A DNA stretch of 64,000 bases from Histomonas meleagridis 2922-C6/04-290x (lineage: Eukaryota > Protista > Parabasalia): the NCBI GenBank assembly GCA_020184695.1, contig JAANOX010000273.1:124001-188000 (forward strand). Reading direction: 5' to 3'. The position numbers were made by a program, and so were the translations under genes. How positions within the stretch are numbered: the stretch's first letter is position 1; each line of letters starts with the position of its first letter. This document shows positions 20,399-33,930 of the stretch, piece after piece. Under the pieces are notes generated by a model, which saw only the letters and a list, made by a program, of their open reading frames with translations, did no database searches and had not been told where the DNA came from.

Positions 20399-22007
20399 TT
20401 AATATCGAAAATTATTTATTTCAGTTTCGTGAATATTATTTGATTCTATTTTAAATTTTTGGTTTTTGTTTCGAATATAAATAAATAACACAATAAACAA
20501 TGAAATAACAATAACAGCACCAATTGTCGCCCCAACCCCAATATAAATTTTCGCTTTATTATCATTATTTATTATAATATTTTCAGTAATATAAAAATCT
20601 GAATACGATGTGAAATATTTTGAAAAAATAGTAACTATATAATCATAAAATATAAATGATGTTGGAATATAGGTATATGTTGAATTGATTTTTGTGAGAA
20701 CAAATGAATTTAAATAGGAACTATAAATAATTTTTGATTGTGTAAATGATAAAATATATGTTAAAGAATATGAATGTGTAAAAGTAATATAAGATGACTT
20801 TGTTTCTGTAAATGAAAAAGTATTTGATTTAGAAAATGTATTCCAATGTGTAAGTGTATTCGAATGTGTAAATATATTGAATGTGTAAATATATTCGAAT
20901 GTACAAATGTATTTGTTTCAGTTGGTGAAAATGTTTTTGTAGGCATTGGTTTACATCCTGCAATTGTTCCTTTTATTACCCTTAATTTTCCAAATGTTTC
21001 ATTTTTATATGTGCTATATACCATAACATTGTGTATTTTAGTATGCTTAAAACATAAAACACCAATGGTTGGAGAAGTTTCCCCACAAAAATAAAAACAC
21101 TTAAGTAAATAGCAATCCTTAAATGCCCATAATTCAATATTTTTTACATTTTCTCCAATGATAACTGATTCCAATTTTGAACAAAAATCAAAAGCTTTGG
21201 CCTTAATTTCTGTTACCGAGTTTGGAATTATTAAGTTTGCAAAGCTGCAATCACTGAATGCGGCAAATTTTTTATATTTACATTTTTACCAAATGAAATT
21301 GATTTCAACAAAGAACATTTTTCAAATGCATTTTCTTCAATCGAAGTGATTGAATCTGGTATTTTAAATGTTTGAGATGTATTTCCACATGGATAAGATA
21401 TGATCTTGTAATTCCTTTATCATATAACTCCATCACGTTCATAATAATATTGATTTTGTTTGGACAATTTTATGTTTTGAAGGAGAAAACAATCATAAAA
21501 TGGATTTGTTGATATTAAAAAAACTGTACTTGAAATTTCAACATTTTTAAGTTGTATACAACTTTGAAACATTAATAATCCAATTGTTTTAACACCTTCA
21601 CCAATAATTACAGTTTCAAGTTTATCACATGCTGAAAATACATTTTTCCCTGTTTTTAATGGAAGTTTTTTAACGCAATACATTTTTGGAATGCATAATC
21701 TCCAATATTTGTTATATTTTCTCCAAACGAAATATTATTTAATTGAGAACAATGATAAAATGCATGTTCTCCAATCGAAGTAACTGAGTTTTTTAATCAA
21801 AGCAGTAATTAATTCGAACCATTCATAAAAGGCTTTACTTGGTATTTCAGTTACATTTGAAATGATAACATGCTTTGCTTTGTTTTTGTATGTGTTTGCA
21901 AATTCGCTTGCATTCGTAATAAATAATGTTGATGTATTATCATCAAAAATTTGTAGTGTATGGGGGAAAAATAAAACAAATATTATAAAAATAAATTTAA
22001 TATTCAT
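20399..22007 (-). pseudogene. Frameshifted short BspA-like LRR type I membrane protein
   Basis: Signal peptide MNIKFIFIIFVLFFPH; LRR_5 units (IPSKAFYEW, VKTIGLLMFQSC, VKNIELWAFKDC); SNTF-like stalk; TM KIYIGVGATIGAVIVISLFIVLFIYI; stop at about 20399. It is split over several frames by indels, e.g. +1 A in an A-run near 21790. Confidence 0.8.
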
Positions 22008-22979
22008 TTTTCCTTTGATTAATTTGTGATTAATTTTTTTGTTTGTATATTCAAAAAATTATAAATATCAATATGAATAAATAATGCATTTGTAAATAAT
22101 ATAAAAGAGTACATAAGAGTGAAAAGATACCATATAAATCATTCACTAGTTCCAAATAAATTTTTAGATAATGGTTAAGAATATGTAATATTTCATCAAA
22201 ATAGTCTTTAGTTGCTATTTGCAATGTTATCAAAGAGATAAAAAAAGAGTAAACACATTGATTTTTTTTCACCAACAAATAATAATTTTAATTTAATAAA
22301 AATACAAAGAAATAAAAATGGCTTTTACAATGAATCTAATTATTTGGTTTTTAAGATAAGTCTTTAGTTACATAGTCATAAATTTACAAAATAACTAAAA
22401 GACTTTTTTATTTAAGGTAATCCATCCATTATTTCTTAACAAACATAATCTTAATAATGTATTATCCATATCAATGATAAAACTCATATTGTCCAAAAAT
22501 TAATTCACACGATCGTTCAGTTTTTATGAAAACTTGTTACACATTAATTTTTAAAAGTTTTTGATCATTTTTTACCACATAAAATCGATTTCAGAACAAG
22601 ATATTGATAACAAAATTACCACCATATAGTGGTAATTAAATTTCGAGAAAAATAAATTTTAGGCAATTTTTAAAAATATCAATTTTTATAGAGAGATATA
22701 AGATTTATATTAAAACATGCTTTGCGAGGTTCTAAATGATCTTCTAAAACCTTTCTATTTAGGATCAAATCATAAAAATTTTTCTCATCCATGATAACAT
22801 AAGAAATCAAGAAATTTTATTTTCTGAGAAATTATTATAATGTTAAACTTTTGTTTGCGCTCATTATTTTACTTCTTGTCATTTTTGGTAGTACGTGAGC
22901 ATTCTACAGTTATATTAGCTCAAATAATAAATTCTATGAGTTCATTCAAAAACTGGGGAAGTCATGGTCAATAAGTTTC

Positions 22980-23006
22980 GACCGTTAAAACCATTGGCCA
23001 ATCATT
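22980..23006 (+). promoter_or_regulatory. M3-like element plus Inr upstream of RPS30
   Basis: GACCGTTA (22980-22987) and TCATT (23002-23006), 6 nt before the ATG. Confidence 0.5.
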
Positions 23007-23012
23007 TAAAAA

Positions 23013-23201
23013 ATGGGTAAAGTTCATGGCTCTCTCGCTCAAGCAGGCAAAGTTCGTTCTAACACACCAAAAGTTCCAAAGATGGAAAAACCAAAGCCAC
23101 TTCGCGGTCGTGCAGCAACACGCAAACATTATAATAAGTATTTTCTTTCTGCTAATCCAGATGCCAAGCGCAAAGTTGGACCAAACTCACAAAGCCAGTA
23201 A
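23013..23201 (+). CDS. RPS30: 40S ribosomal protein S30 (eS30), without ubiquitin-like fusion
   Basis: MGKVHGSLAQAGKVRSNTPKVPKMEK...GPNSQ. Confidence 0.97.
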   Translation: MGKVHGSLAQAGKVRSNTPKVPKMEKPKPLRGRAATRKHYNKYFLSANPDAKRKVGPNSQSQ

Positions 23202-23488
23202 GTAGATCAAAACTTGGTTGATTTTATTTAAAATAAAACTAATTTTAAAAATATATTTTGCTCATTTTCTTTGAATAATCTCTCTACACATTGCAGCTTA
23301 TCGAGCATATAATTTCGATTCTTATCCAAACACTATTAAATTCTTGGCTCTTTACAAAGAAGTAAAAGACAGACAATTATTTTTAACAGACTTTGTTTGG
23401 CAAAAAATTGAATGGTGGTTTTTATTAACGGTCTGTTGGGAACGTTTAATACAGTCATTCTTTTTGTTGGTTTCTTGTCTAAAAAACC

Positions 23489-24790
23489 TTAGACCATACG
23501 AACCTCATACTTCCCTGCCTTTGTTGTATACCTTAGCCATTTTTGTGGAACGTACCCAGATTTTTCTACAACTTTCAAGTATCTTAATGCTAATCCAGAC
23601 GCAGAAAACATTGCAAGGTTGAAGTTTGCCGAAATTGGAAGCTGTATCTTTGTTGCTGGTGAAGACTTAGAAGTTGCTGCAAGGCATGATACAATAATAC
23701 TAATATCAGCTTGAGTACCACCAGGAAAGTTGGCTAACTTCCATGCTACTGCGTTCTGGTTTGGAACATACTTACCGCGTCCGGTTGTTGTGGAAACTTT
23801 AACGTTTGATGTGTTATCTGGTAATGGAATTGATAAGATGAGAGGTGTCGCACTAAGCTTCATGTCATACGTAGCGCGTACATTTACACGGATTTCAAGC
23901 TTGTTTCCAGGGAGATCATGGATCATTGGAGTTATTGTAAATGGAATTCCAATGTTCTCGGTTTTACGATATCGCATTAATTCGAACTCTCCATCAGGAG
24001 GAGTGAACGAAATTGCGCGATCGTTAGCAAAATTGGTGAGTTTTACGCACTGATGAAATACCATATCATCAACTTCGATAGTGTTGCCAACTTTGTTCGA
24101 CTCGATTCCTTGCCTGCCCTCTGATTCGATAGTAACCTTATCATTGAAGCCAATCTTGCATTCTGGCATACCAGATAAGAATACTCGCATATTGATGTTT
24201 CCATTGACTGACGCATCAAGAATTTTACCTGAAGGAGAAACAAGGACAGAAACTTTCTCAATGATATCGACAAAAACTTCATTATGCTTGTATTTGATAT
24301 TTGGTTGTCGCCATGAAATTGCACCAGTAGCCATAATTGTAACTTGGTTGTCTCTAGCTGCAGTCTTGCTAACAGGAGAGCGTTGCGTGAGAAGTCTAAG
24401 AGCTTCTGGATCAGTACTTTGAGGATAACCAGAATCAACCATTTCATCAAGAAGCTCAATGATGCTAGGCGAATGGGTTTTGGCTATGGTAAGATCGAGT
24501 GGGACTTTGATGCCAAGAACAGATTGGAAAATTGATGGAAGTTTTGAAAGAAATTCAAAAATAACACCGGCGTTGGCATTTCTTCTTGTGGCCCCAACGT
24601 AGTAAAGTTCATTTTCTTGATAATGGAGAAATGAAGTTCCATCAATTAAAATTGCTGGAGAGGTAATTTCTTTAGCTGCAATGACTCCAATGCGATAATT
24701 GTCAAATGCTGTCATATCGAAGTCTTTTCGATAGATACGCATTGCAATAACTTCACCTGTTCGGCTGACAACAGCAACAGCGCTCAGCAT
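23489..24790 (-). CDS. AP2M1: AP-2 adaptor complex medium subunit mu2
   Basis: Longin domain (MLSAVAVVSRTGEVIAMRIYRKD, VIFEFL), LDEMVDSGYPQ, WRQPNIKYKHNEVFVDIIE, FHQCVKL, SFTPPDGEFELMRYR, KWLRY. Confidence 0.93.
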   Translation of the reverse strand: MLSAVAVVSRTGEVIAMRIYRKDFDMTAFDNYRIGVIAAKEITSPAILIDGTSFLHYQENELYYVGATRRNANAGVIFEFLSKLPSIFQSVLGIKVPLDLTIAKTHSPSIIELLDEMVDSGYPQSTDPEALRLLTQRSPVSKTAARDNQVTIMATGAISWRQPNIKYKHNEVFVDIIEKVSVLVSPSGKILDASVNGNINMRVFLSGMPECKIGFNDKVTIESEGRQGIESNKVGNTIEVDDMVFHQCVKLTNFANDRAISFTPPDGEFELMRYRKTENIGIPFTITPMIHDLPGNKLEIRVNVRATYDMKLSATPLILSIPLPDNTSNVKVSTTTGRGKYVPNQNAVAWKLANFPGGTQADISIIVSCLAATSKSSPATKIQLPISANFNLAMFSASGLALRYLKVVEKSGYVPQKWLRYTTKAGKYEVRMV

Positions 24791-24869
24791 CGATAAACTG
24801 CAGTTTTTTATTCAAAAGAATGAACTCAAAATTACCCTTAAATTACCCATTTTTCAATAATAAACGTTT

Positions 24870-26300
24870 TTTCATCGCAAGTTGCTCAATTGAATCATAT
24901 GCACTTTTTGAGTTCGCCTTTTTGAGAAAACCCACTCAAGTATCGATGCTTTATGCTGTAAAAATTATCCCAGTAAAAATCATCTTACTACTCCATCAAA
25001 TTCACATATTAATGGACATAAATGTGTTTAAATCAGTTATGATACTTAAACCCTTATTTGTATTTTAAATGTATTTATTTCTATAATCATGCATTTTCGT
25101 GTGCTTTAACAGCCTTAAAGTAATTAAAAAATTGTGAAGAAACTATTAATTCATATTTAGCTATGAGTATGAACTTATAATTGTTCACCCAATTTTTTTA
25201 AAATACAAACCTATTTGCTAAAAAAACATCATATACCAATGACAACCTTGTATAATTTGTAACTGTACTTATTCCAGCAATATAGCATTCAAATTCAAGA
25301 TAACTGATGTGATAACAAAATTTTGTGGCATAACAAGGCTGGTATTTACAACAAGTTCCGGTGATAAATTAACGTTCGAATAAATTGCTGAATTGGTCAT
25401 CAAAATTTTCACGAAAATTTTACCTGGTCGGTTGTGATATTGAATACATATCGTTTTTATTCTATCGATTTTGATACCTTTACAACAAGATGTCGGTTTG
25501 ACAACGGTTGTGTCCATGGTCATGTTTTGAAAAGACTTTTCAAAAACGTTCTAGGCGGTTTGACTCAATTAATTGAATCAAATTCTGAATTCAGGAATCA
25601 AAAGCATCAACATTCCAGCGAGTTTTTGTGTATACACAAAAATATCTGGGCAGGACGTTCATAATTTATTTCGTTTCTTCACATCCTAAAATGTTCATGC
25701 TGCATTTTTTTCTTCCATTGTTAAGTTTTTTTGTTTACATACAAACTTATGCCACTGGAAAAATAAAGATTATTAACAATAATTTATCAGGAAAGATTGA
25801 TCATCAAATTTTCTCTCATGTATTATTAACAAAAACCAATAAAAATATATACCTAACTAATAACGTATTAAATTCTATCGATGCTAAACAAAACGTGATT
25901 AATTATTTCATAAAAAATTATGTTCTTTATCATAGAAACATTATGCTATTTAACTATCGACATTCCAGTACATGCAATGCAGTGTCAACACAGTTTTTGG
26001 AAAGTTTAAAACATTTCAAATTAGCATTTAAAAATTCTCAGGACAGCCAAAAATATTCTATCCTTGAAACCTTCATTTTGTTTGATAGGGTTCCTTCAAC
26101 CTTGGAAAGGAATCTTTCAACATCAGAATTTTATTCATTTTTTTACCACTCATTAAGATTTAACAAAGTACAAAGCTTCTTTTTACATGAATATGTGATA
26201 CCAGTTTCAATGATAAAGTCATTATTAACTATCAATAGCAAATTTGCTCAGAGTTATTCACTTATTTCATCTTTGTCAAGTGTCTTTTCCAATTTCATAT
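24870..26300 (-). pseudogene. Heavily decayed hAT-like transposase relic (tentative)
   Basis: On the minus strand, in N-to-C order: CVDTALHVL (~25990-25965), KTRWN (25612-25626) and ASILEWVFS (~24950-24923). These resemble the hAT CxxH, TRWNS and SxERxFS motifs; many stops are present. Confidence 0.35.
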
Positions 26301-26305
26301 TTTTA

Positions 26306-29300
26306 ATGAGAATCATTTTTATAAGTTTGGTTTTTATTGTTTTTCTCTATTTGTTTTTCAGTAAGATAAATATTTCTTCAATTTATGAATCGAAATTAAA
26401 CATCTCAATTTTTCCATTTATTTTTGTTATTTTTGTCATTCATTCATTTGAATCATTTCAAGATATAAATCAAACTCTTGTAATTACCAATTTAACAGAA
26501 TTTGAAGAAATCGAACAATATAAAAATGTTACACAAAATGTTATAATTTCAGATAAAATAATTAATATTCCAGAAAAAACATTTTATCAATGGACATCAT
26601 TAAAAACAGTTGAAATAGGAAAATCAGTTACAACAATTGGAGATTCAGCATTTTATGGTTGTTCTAATTTAACAAATATTGTAATTGGAAGTAATGTAAC
26701 AATTATTGGCGAAAACGCATTTTCTCATTGTTCTTCGTTAAAATCAATTATTTTTGAAGAAAATATAACACTTAACATAATTGCAAATTCAGCATTTAGA
26801 GAATGTATATCATTAATAAATATTACAATTCCTAATTCAGTAACAGAAATTGGAGATTCAGCATTTTCTCACTGTTCTTCATTAAATACAATAACTTTTG
26901 AAGGAAATATAAATCTTTCGATCATTAATAATTCATTATTTAGTGATTGCATATCATTAACAAATATTACAATTCCTAATTCAGTTGTAGAAATTGGAGA
27001 TTTATCATTTTATAATTGCTGCAATTTAATATCAGTCATACTCGGTAATAATGTTATGACGATCGGAAATTCATCATTTTATTCTTGTTATAGTTTAACA
27101 AATATTATAATTCCTAATTCAGTTGTAGAAATAGGAAATTCATCATTTTATAATTGTTATAATTTAATAAATATTGTAATTGGAAATAATGTCACAACAA
27201 TTGGTGAAAAAGCATTTTATAATTGTAATAAATTAACGAAACTTATAATTGGTGAAAATGTAACAGATATTTCAAAAGATGCATTTGAATTATGTGATAA
27301 TATTACAGAACTTACTTTATTATCTTCATTATATCAAATTTTTGATAAAATAAATAATTCCAATATAAATACAATAATTCTTGGTGGACAAATCGAAACA
27401 ATTGAAATGAATTCATTTTCGTCATTTCCATCATTAAAAATCATTGAAATTATAGATCATATTCAAAATATTAGTAGTTATGCATTTAATTGTTCTTCAT
27501 TAGAAAATATTATTATTTCATCACAAACTATTAATTTTATTAATTCGTCAGCTTTTCTTTCATGTCCTAAACTTCAAAATATTAATGTTTCAATAGAAAA
27601 TGAAAATTATAATAATTATAAAAAAATGATGGAATTCTTTATGATGAAAATATTTCTACAATTATTTATTATCCACCAGGTAAAATTAATGAAACATTTG
27701 AAATACCGGAAACTGTTAAAATTATTCAAGAAAATGCATTTTATGAAAGTTTCAATTTGAAAACGATTATAACGAATGAAAATTTAACTACAATTAAAAA
27801 TTCAGCATTTTATAATTGCAATAATTTAAGTAACATTACATTTAGTAATAATTTAACAACAATTGAAAATTCAGCATTTTATAATTGTTATTCATTAACA
27901 AATCTTATTATTCCAAATTCAGTAACAGGAATTGGTGAATCAGCATTTTATAATTGTAATAAATTAGAAGTTGTTACTTTTGAAGGAAATATAAGTCTTC
28001 TCTCATTAGAAAATTCAGTATTTAAAGAATGCACTTCATTAACGAATATTACAATTCCTAATTCAGTTGAAACAATTGGTGAATTATCTTTTTATAATTG
28101 TAATAAATTAGCAAATATTACAATTCCTAATTCAGTAACAGAAATTGGAGATTCAGCATTTTCTCATTGTTTTTCGTTAGAATCAATTACTTTTGAAGAA
28201 ATAACAACAATTAATAGAATTGAAAATTCAGCATTTAGAGAATGTATATCATTAACAAATATTACAATTCCTAATTCAGTAACAGAAATTGGAGATTCAG
28301 CATTTTCTCACTGTTCTTCATTAAATACAATAACTTTTGAAGGAAATATAAATCTTTCGATCATTAATAATTCATTATTTAGTGATTGCATATCATTGAC
28401 AGATATTACAATTCCTAATTCAGTTATAACAATTGGTAAAAATACATTTTATGGTTGTTCTAATTTAACTAATATTACAATTCCTAATTCAGTAACAGAA
28501 ATTGGAGATTCAGCATTTTCTCACTGTTCTTCATTAAATACAATAACTTTTGAAGGAAATATAAATCTTTCGATCATTAATAATTCATTATTTAGTGATT
28601 GCATATCATTGACAAATATTACAATTCCTAATTCAGTTGTAGAAATTGGAGATTTATCATTTTGTAATTGCTATAATTTAACAAATATTGTAATTGGAAA
28701 TAATATCACAAAAATTGGTGAAAATGCATTTGCTAATTGTTCATCATTAACAGTTACAATTGGAAATAATATAACAACAATTGGTGAAAATGCATTTTCT
28801 AATTGTATTTCATTTATAAATATTACAATTCCTGATTCAGTTATAACAATTGGAGATTCAGCATTTTATAATTGCTGCAATTTAATATCAGTCATACTCG
28901 GTAATAATGTTATGACGATCGGAAATTCATCATTTTATTCTTGTTATAGTTTAACAAATATTATAATTCCTAATTCAGTTGTAGAAATAGGAAATTCATC
29001 ATTTTATAATTGTTATAATTTAATAAATATTGTAATTGGAAATAATGTCACAACAATTGGTGAAAAAAAGCATTTTTATAATTGTAATAAATTAACGAAA
29101 ACTTATAATTGGTGAAAAATGTAACAGATATTTCAAAAGATGCATTTGAATTATGTGATAATATTACAGAACTTACTTTATTATCTTCATTATATCAAAT
29201 TTTTTTGATAAAATAAATAATTCCAATATAAATACAATAATTCTTGGTGGACAAATCGAAACAATTGAAATGAATTCATTTTCGTCATTTCCATCATTAA

Positions 29301-32300
29301 AAATCATTGAAATTATAGATCATATTCAAAATATTAGTAGTTATGCATTTAATTGTTCTTCATTAGAAAATATTATTATTTCATCACAAACTATTAATTT
29401 TATTAATTCGTCAGCTTTTCTTTCATGTCCTAAACTTCAAAATATTAATGTTTCAATAGAAAATGAAAATTATAATAATTATAAAAATGATGGAATTCTT
29501 TATGATGAAAATATTTCTACAATTATTTATTATCCACCAGGTAAAATTAATGAAACATTTGAAATACCGGAAACTGTTAAAATTATTCAAGAAAATGCAT
29601 TTTATGAAAGTTTCAATTTGAAAACGATTATAACGAATGAAAATTTAACTACAATTAAAAATTCAGCATTTTATAATTGCAATAATTTAAGTAACATTAC
29701 ATTTAGTAATAATTTAACAACAATTGAAAATTCAGCATTTTTATAATTGTTATTCATTAACAAATCTTATTATTCCAAATTCAGTAACAGGAATTGGTGA
29801 ATCAGCATTTTATAATTGTAATAAATTAGAAGTTGTTACTTTTGAAGGAAATATAAGTCTTCTCTCATTAGAAAATTCAGTATTTAAAGAATGCACTTCA
29901 TTAACGAATATTACAATTCCTAATTCAGTTGAAACAATTGGTGAATTATCTTTTTATAATTGTAATAAATTAGCAAATATTACAATTCCTAATTCAGTAA
30001 CAGAAATTGGAGATTCAGCATTTTCTCATTGTTTTTCGTTAGAATCAATTACTTTTGAAGAAATAACAACAATTAATAGAATTGAAAATTCAGCATTTAG
30101 AGAATGTATATCATTAATGAATATCATAATTCCAAAATCAGTTGAAACAATTTGTGTAAATGCATTTTATCAATGTTATAAATTAGAAATGGTTACAATT
30201 GATAATTCTGAAATAACAATTGGTGATTCAGCATTTTATGAATGTTATAATTTAATGATTGTTAATATCAAAAATAATGAAACAATGTCTACCAATCAAT
30301 TGTCAGCTATTGGAATTTCAGCATTTTATAAGTGTTATAATTTAACACGAATTACAATACCAAAATCAGTTGAAACAATTGGAGAATTAGCATTTTATAA
30401 GTGTGAATCATTAGAAACAATTAATATTGGAGAATGTATAAATCTAAGAAAAATTGGTGATTCAGCATTTAGAGAATGTACATCATTAATAAGTATTACA
30501 ATTCCAAAATCAGTTGAAGGAATTGGAGAATTAGCATTTTATAAATGTAAATCATTAAAAACAATTGATATTGAGGAAGATATAAATCTAACAACAATTG
30601 AAAATTCAACATTTAGAGAATGTACATCATTAATGAATATCATAATTCCAAAATCAGTTGAAACAATTTGTGCAAATGCATTTTGTCAATGTCATGCATT
30701 AGAAAATGTTACAATTTCGAATTCTACAAAATTCATTGGCGAATATTCATTTTATAATACCTCAATAATAAACATTACAATTCCAGAATCAGTTGAAACA
30801 ATTGGGAAATATGTTTTTCTTTTATGTTTAAAGCTTCAAAATATCATTGTATCACAAAATAATACATATTATTGCAATTTCGAAGATGATGGAATTCTTT
30901 ATAATAAAAACATAACATCAATAATTTTTTATCCAACTGGAAGAATTAATACAACATATCAAACACCAAATTATGTTAATTATATCGAAAGTTTTGCATT
31001 TTATTCGTGTCTTAATCTGGTATATATTAATCTTACAAACAATGTTACAAACGTAGGCAATTTTTCATTTTATAATTGCCAAAATTTAAGAATGATTCAA
31101 ATTGGCATAAATATTATAAAAGATGATAATCAAACAGTTTTATTAAATGATGATGATTCAATTGAAACGATTTTAATAATTGGAACATATTCATTTTATA
31201 ACTGTTCACAATTATTTATTGTTAATATTTATAAAAATATTACCAAAATTGGAGGGCATTCATTCGAATATTGTTCATCATTAACTAATTTCACAATTCC
31301 ATTTTTGTTAACTAAGATTGAAGAATATACATTTTGCAATTGTTTTGATTTAGAAACAGTTTATAATGAAGGAAATTTAATGTATATTGAAAAGTATTCA
31401 TTTTATCATTGTAACTCTTTAAATGAAATTCAAATTGGGGAAAAATTGAAGGAAATTCAAGAATTTGCATTTTGTGATTGTTATAAATTATCAAATATTA
31501 AATTACCAAACTCAGTTGAAAATATTGGAGAATCAGCATTTTATAATTGTAATTCTTTAGAGAAAATTGAACTTGGAAAGAATATGAAAACAATTGAAAA
31601 TTTCACATTTTATAATTGTAACAATTTAGAAGCAGTTAAAATTGGAGAAAACATAAGTGAAATCAAAGAATCAGCATTTTATAATTGTTATAAATTATCA
31701 AATATAAGTATTCCAAAATCAGTAATTACAATCGGAAATAAATCATTTTATAATTGTTTTGAAATCGAAAATATAAATATTCCAGATTCAGTTGAATTCA
31801 TTGGCGAATCAGCATTTTATAATTGTACTACTTTGGAAATAGTTGTACTTGGTGCGAATTTAGAAATGATTAATGAATTTACATTTTATAATTGTAACAA
31901 TTTAGAAGCAGTTGAAATTATAGAAAGCACAAGTGAAATCAAAGAATCAGCATTTTATAATTGTTGTAAATTATCAAAGATAAATATTCCAGATTCAGTT
32001 GAATTCATTGGCGAATCAGCATTTTATAATTGTAGTACTTTAAATAATATTGAACTTGGAATGAATTTGAATTCAATTGAAAATTTCACATTTTATAATT
32101 GTAACAATTTAGAAACAGTTAAAATTGGAGAAAATATAATTAAAATTCAGGAATCAGCATTTTATAATTGTTATAAATTATTAAATTTAAATATTCCAAA
32201 TTCAGTAATTACAATTGGAAAATCATCATTTTGTAATTGTTATGAAATTGAGAATATTGCATTTGGAAATAATTTAACAACAATTGGAGAATATTCATTT

Positions 32301-33230
32301 TATAATTGTTCGAAATTATTTAATATTACAATTCCTAAATCAGTTAAATTCATATTTGATTTTGCATTTAGTAAATGTAATAATTTAACTACACTTATTC
32401 TTGAAAATGCTGAAATTATTGGTAATTCAGCATTTTCCGACTGTAATAATCTCAAATGTATTTATTATGAAGGGAAAACATCGCCGAATGTTTCAGAGAA
32501 TGCATTTTCTAATGAAAGCATTATTATTATGGTCAATAATGATTATGAAAATTCAACATTTGGGGAATATCAAATCAGTCATACAACAATTGATATATGT
32601 ATTCCACCAACAAATTCATTTACACAATCAAATACATTTTCTAACACATTTACAGATTCCAATTCGTTTACACAATCAAATACATTTTCACAATCAAATA
32701 CATTTACATCATCGAATGCATTTACACCTTCCAACACATTTATTCCTTCGGATATGTTTTACAGTGAATCCGTTTCAATTGTATACACTATTTATCTTAC
32801 AAAATCATTTACACTGAATACATTCATTTCAAATAGTTTTGTTCTTTCTATGACTGCAACTACATATACACTCTCTCAATCTGATTATATATTTTATGAT
32901 TTCAGCGTTATTGAATATACTTCTTTCTATAGCTTTTACTCAAACTTTCAAATTCTTGTGCAATCAACTACTTTTACTTCAAATTCGACATTAAACACAG
33001 GCGCAATTATTGGAATAATATGCGGCTCTGTTGCTATTGTTGCAATAATAATAGGAATATTTGTATGGCTGATAAGAACTGGAAATAGGAGAGGCGACTC
33101 ACTGTCTTCGCTAACGGAAAGTCTTGATAATACTTTGGAACCAACCAGAAAGAATGTGAAGGAGGAAGTAGAGTCAATAGATGCAAACATAATAAGTATG
33201 GTGCAAGATGACGCGGATCAATGGTTGTGA
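26306..33230 (+). CDS. Large BspA-like LRR_5 surface protein (~2300 aa) broken in this sequence by homopolymer indels
   Basis: ORFs 25628-27760, 27757-29115, 29270-29746 and 29724-33230 are consecutive pieces of one TpLRR array (TIPNSVTEIGDSAFxxC). It ends in an SNTF stalk, TM GAIIGIICGSVAIVAIIIGIFVWLI and a short acidic tail (DDADQWL). A plausible hydrophobic start is the ATG at 26306. Confidence 0.85.
27006..30117 (+). repeat. Near-identical ~1.25-kb direct duplication inside the BspA gene (27006-28255 vs 28862-30117)
   Basis: By-eye alignment. The differences I found are all run-length changes in A/T homopolymers, and the offset shifts from 1856 to 1862. Confidence 0.9.
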
Positions 33231-33675
33231 AACTAATGTAATAATATCTTTCTATTAAACTATATTATGTATAAGTCGAAATTTCGAAACTTCATATATG
33301 GTGGTCATAATATGTGGGATCTTGATATCATAGATATTGTTATAACTATAATTAATAAAAATCTAGAATAATGATTAACACAAGTCTTGACGGGACGATA
33401 AAGAACCATAGGCAACTTGCCAAAACCGTTTTGTGAAAAACAGATTTGATATTTATTATTTAATTCTTAGCAGCTGTTTTTAAAGTTATATGGCAACAGA
33501 CTTAGTCAAAATTGTAACAAACTTAGTCAATTAAATTGTGTATGTTTTCATACTTGCTTGGGGCGGATCGAGAATTAGTTGAAATTTCACCCTGCACTTT
33601 TTTGAAAAGTGAAGTCAGTGATAAATTTAATTAATTAACCTTGTACGCTTCGATAACAACCGCTAAAATTCATTC

Positions 33676-33930
33676 AAAAACATAATTTTCGATTTGAATT
33701 CATCATCTCTGTGTGAATGAAGGTCCCATAACAAATAAGCATTTTTTTTGTCAATCTTCCTTGACAACCATTTTAAATATTGTTTAATCAAATTCCCAGT
33801 TGCCCAACCTGATTCTGAATGCATTATAAGTAAATCTCTTTTTGCAATATATTTTCCAAGTCTTTGGAATTTTCGATATTTTTCTTCACAGCGATTTGTT
33901 TTTCCAGTTGCTATTATTATTGAGAATTTT
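33676..33930 (-). pseudogene. pogo/Tigger-like (DDE_1) transposase fragment
   Basis: The minus frame reads KFSIIIATGKTNRCEEKYRKF...MHSESGWATGNLIKQYLKWLSRKIDKKNAYLLWDLHSHR, carrying the SxSGW and LLxDxxxH motifs of DDE_1. It is truncated before QPLD. Confidence 0.65.

Noticed and set aside
25628-26305. N-terminal extension of the 710-aa ORF as part of BspA
   Set aside because: Not LRR-like, precedes a better signal-like start, and overlaps a probable antisense transposase relic.
26306-33230. Programmed ribosomal frameshifting in BspA
   Set aside because: The breaks are inconsistent between two otherwise identical copies and always lie in homopolymers; consensus error is more parsimonious.
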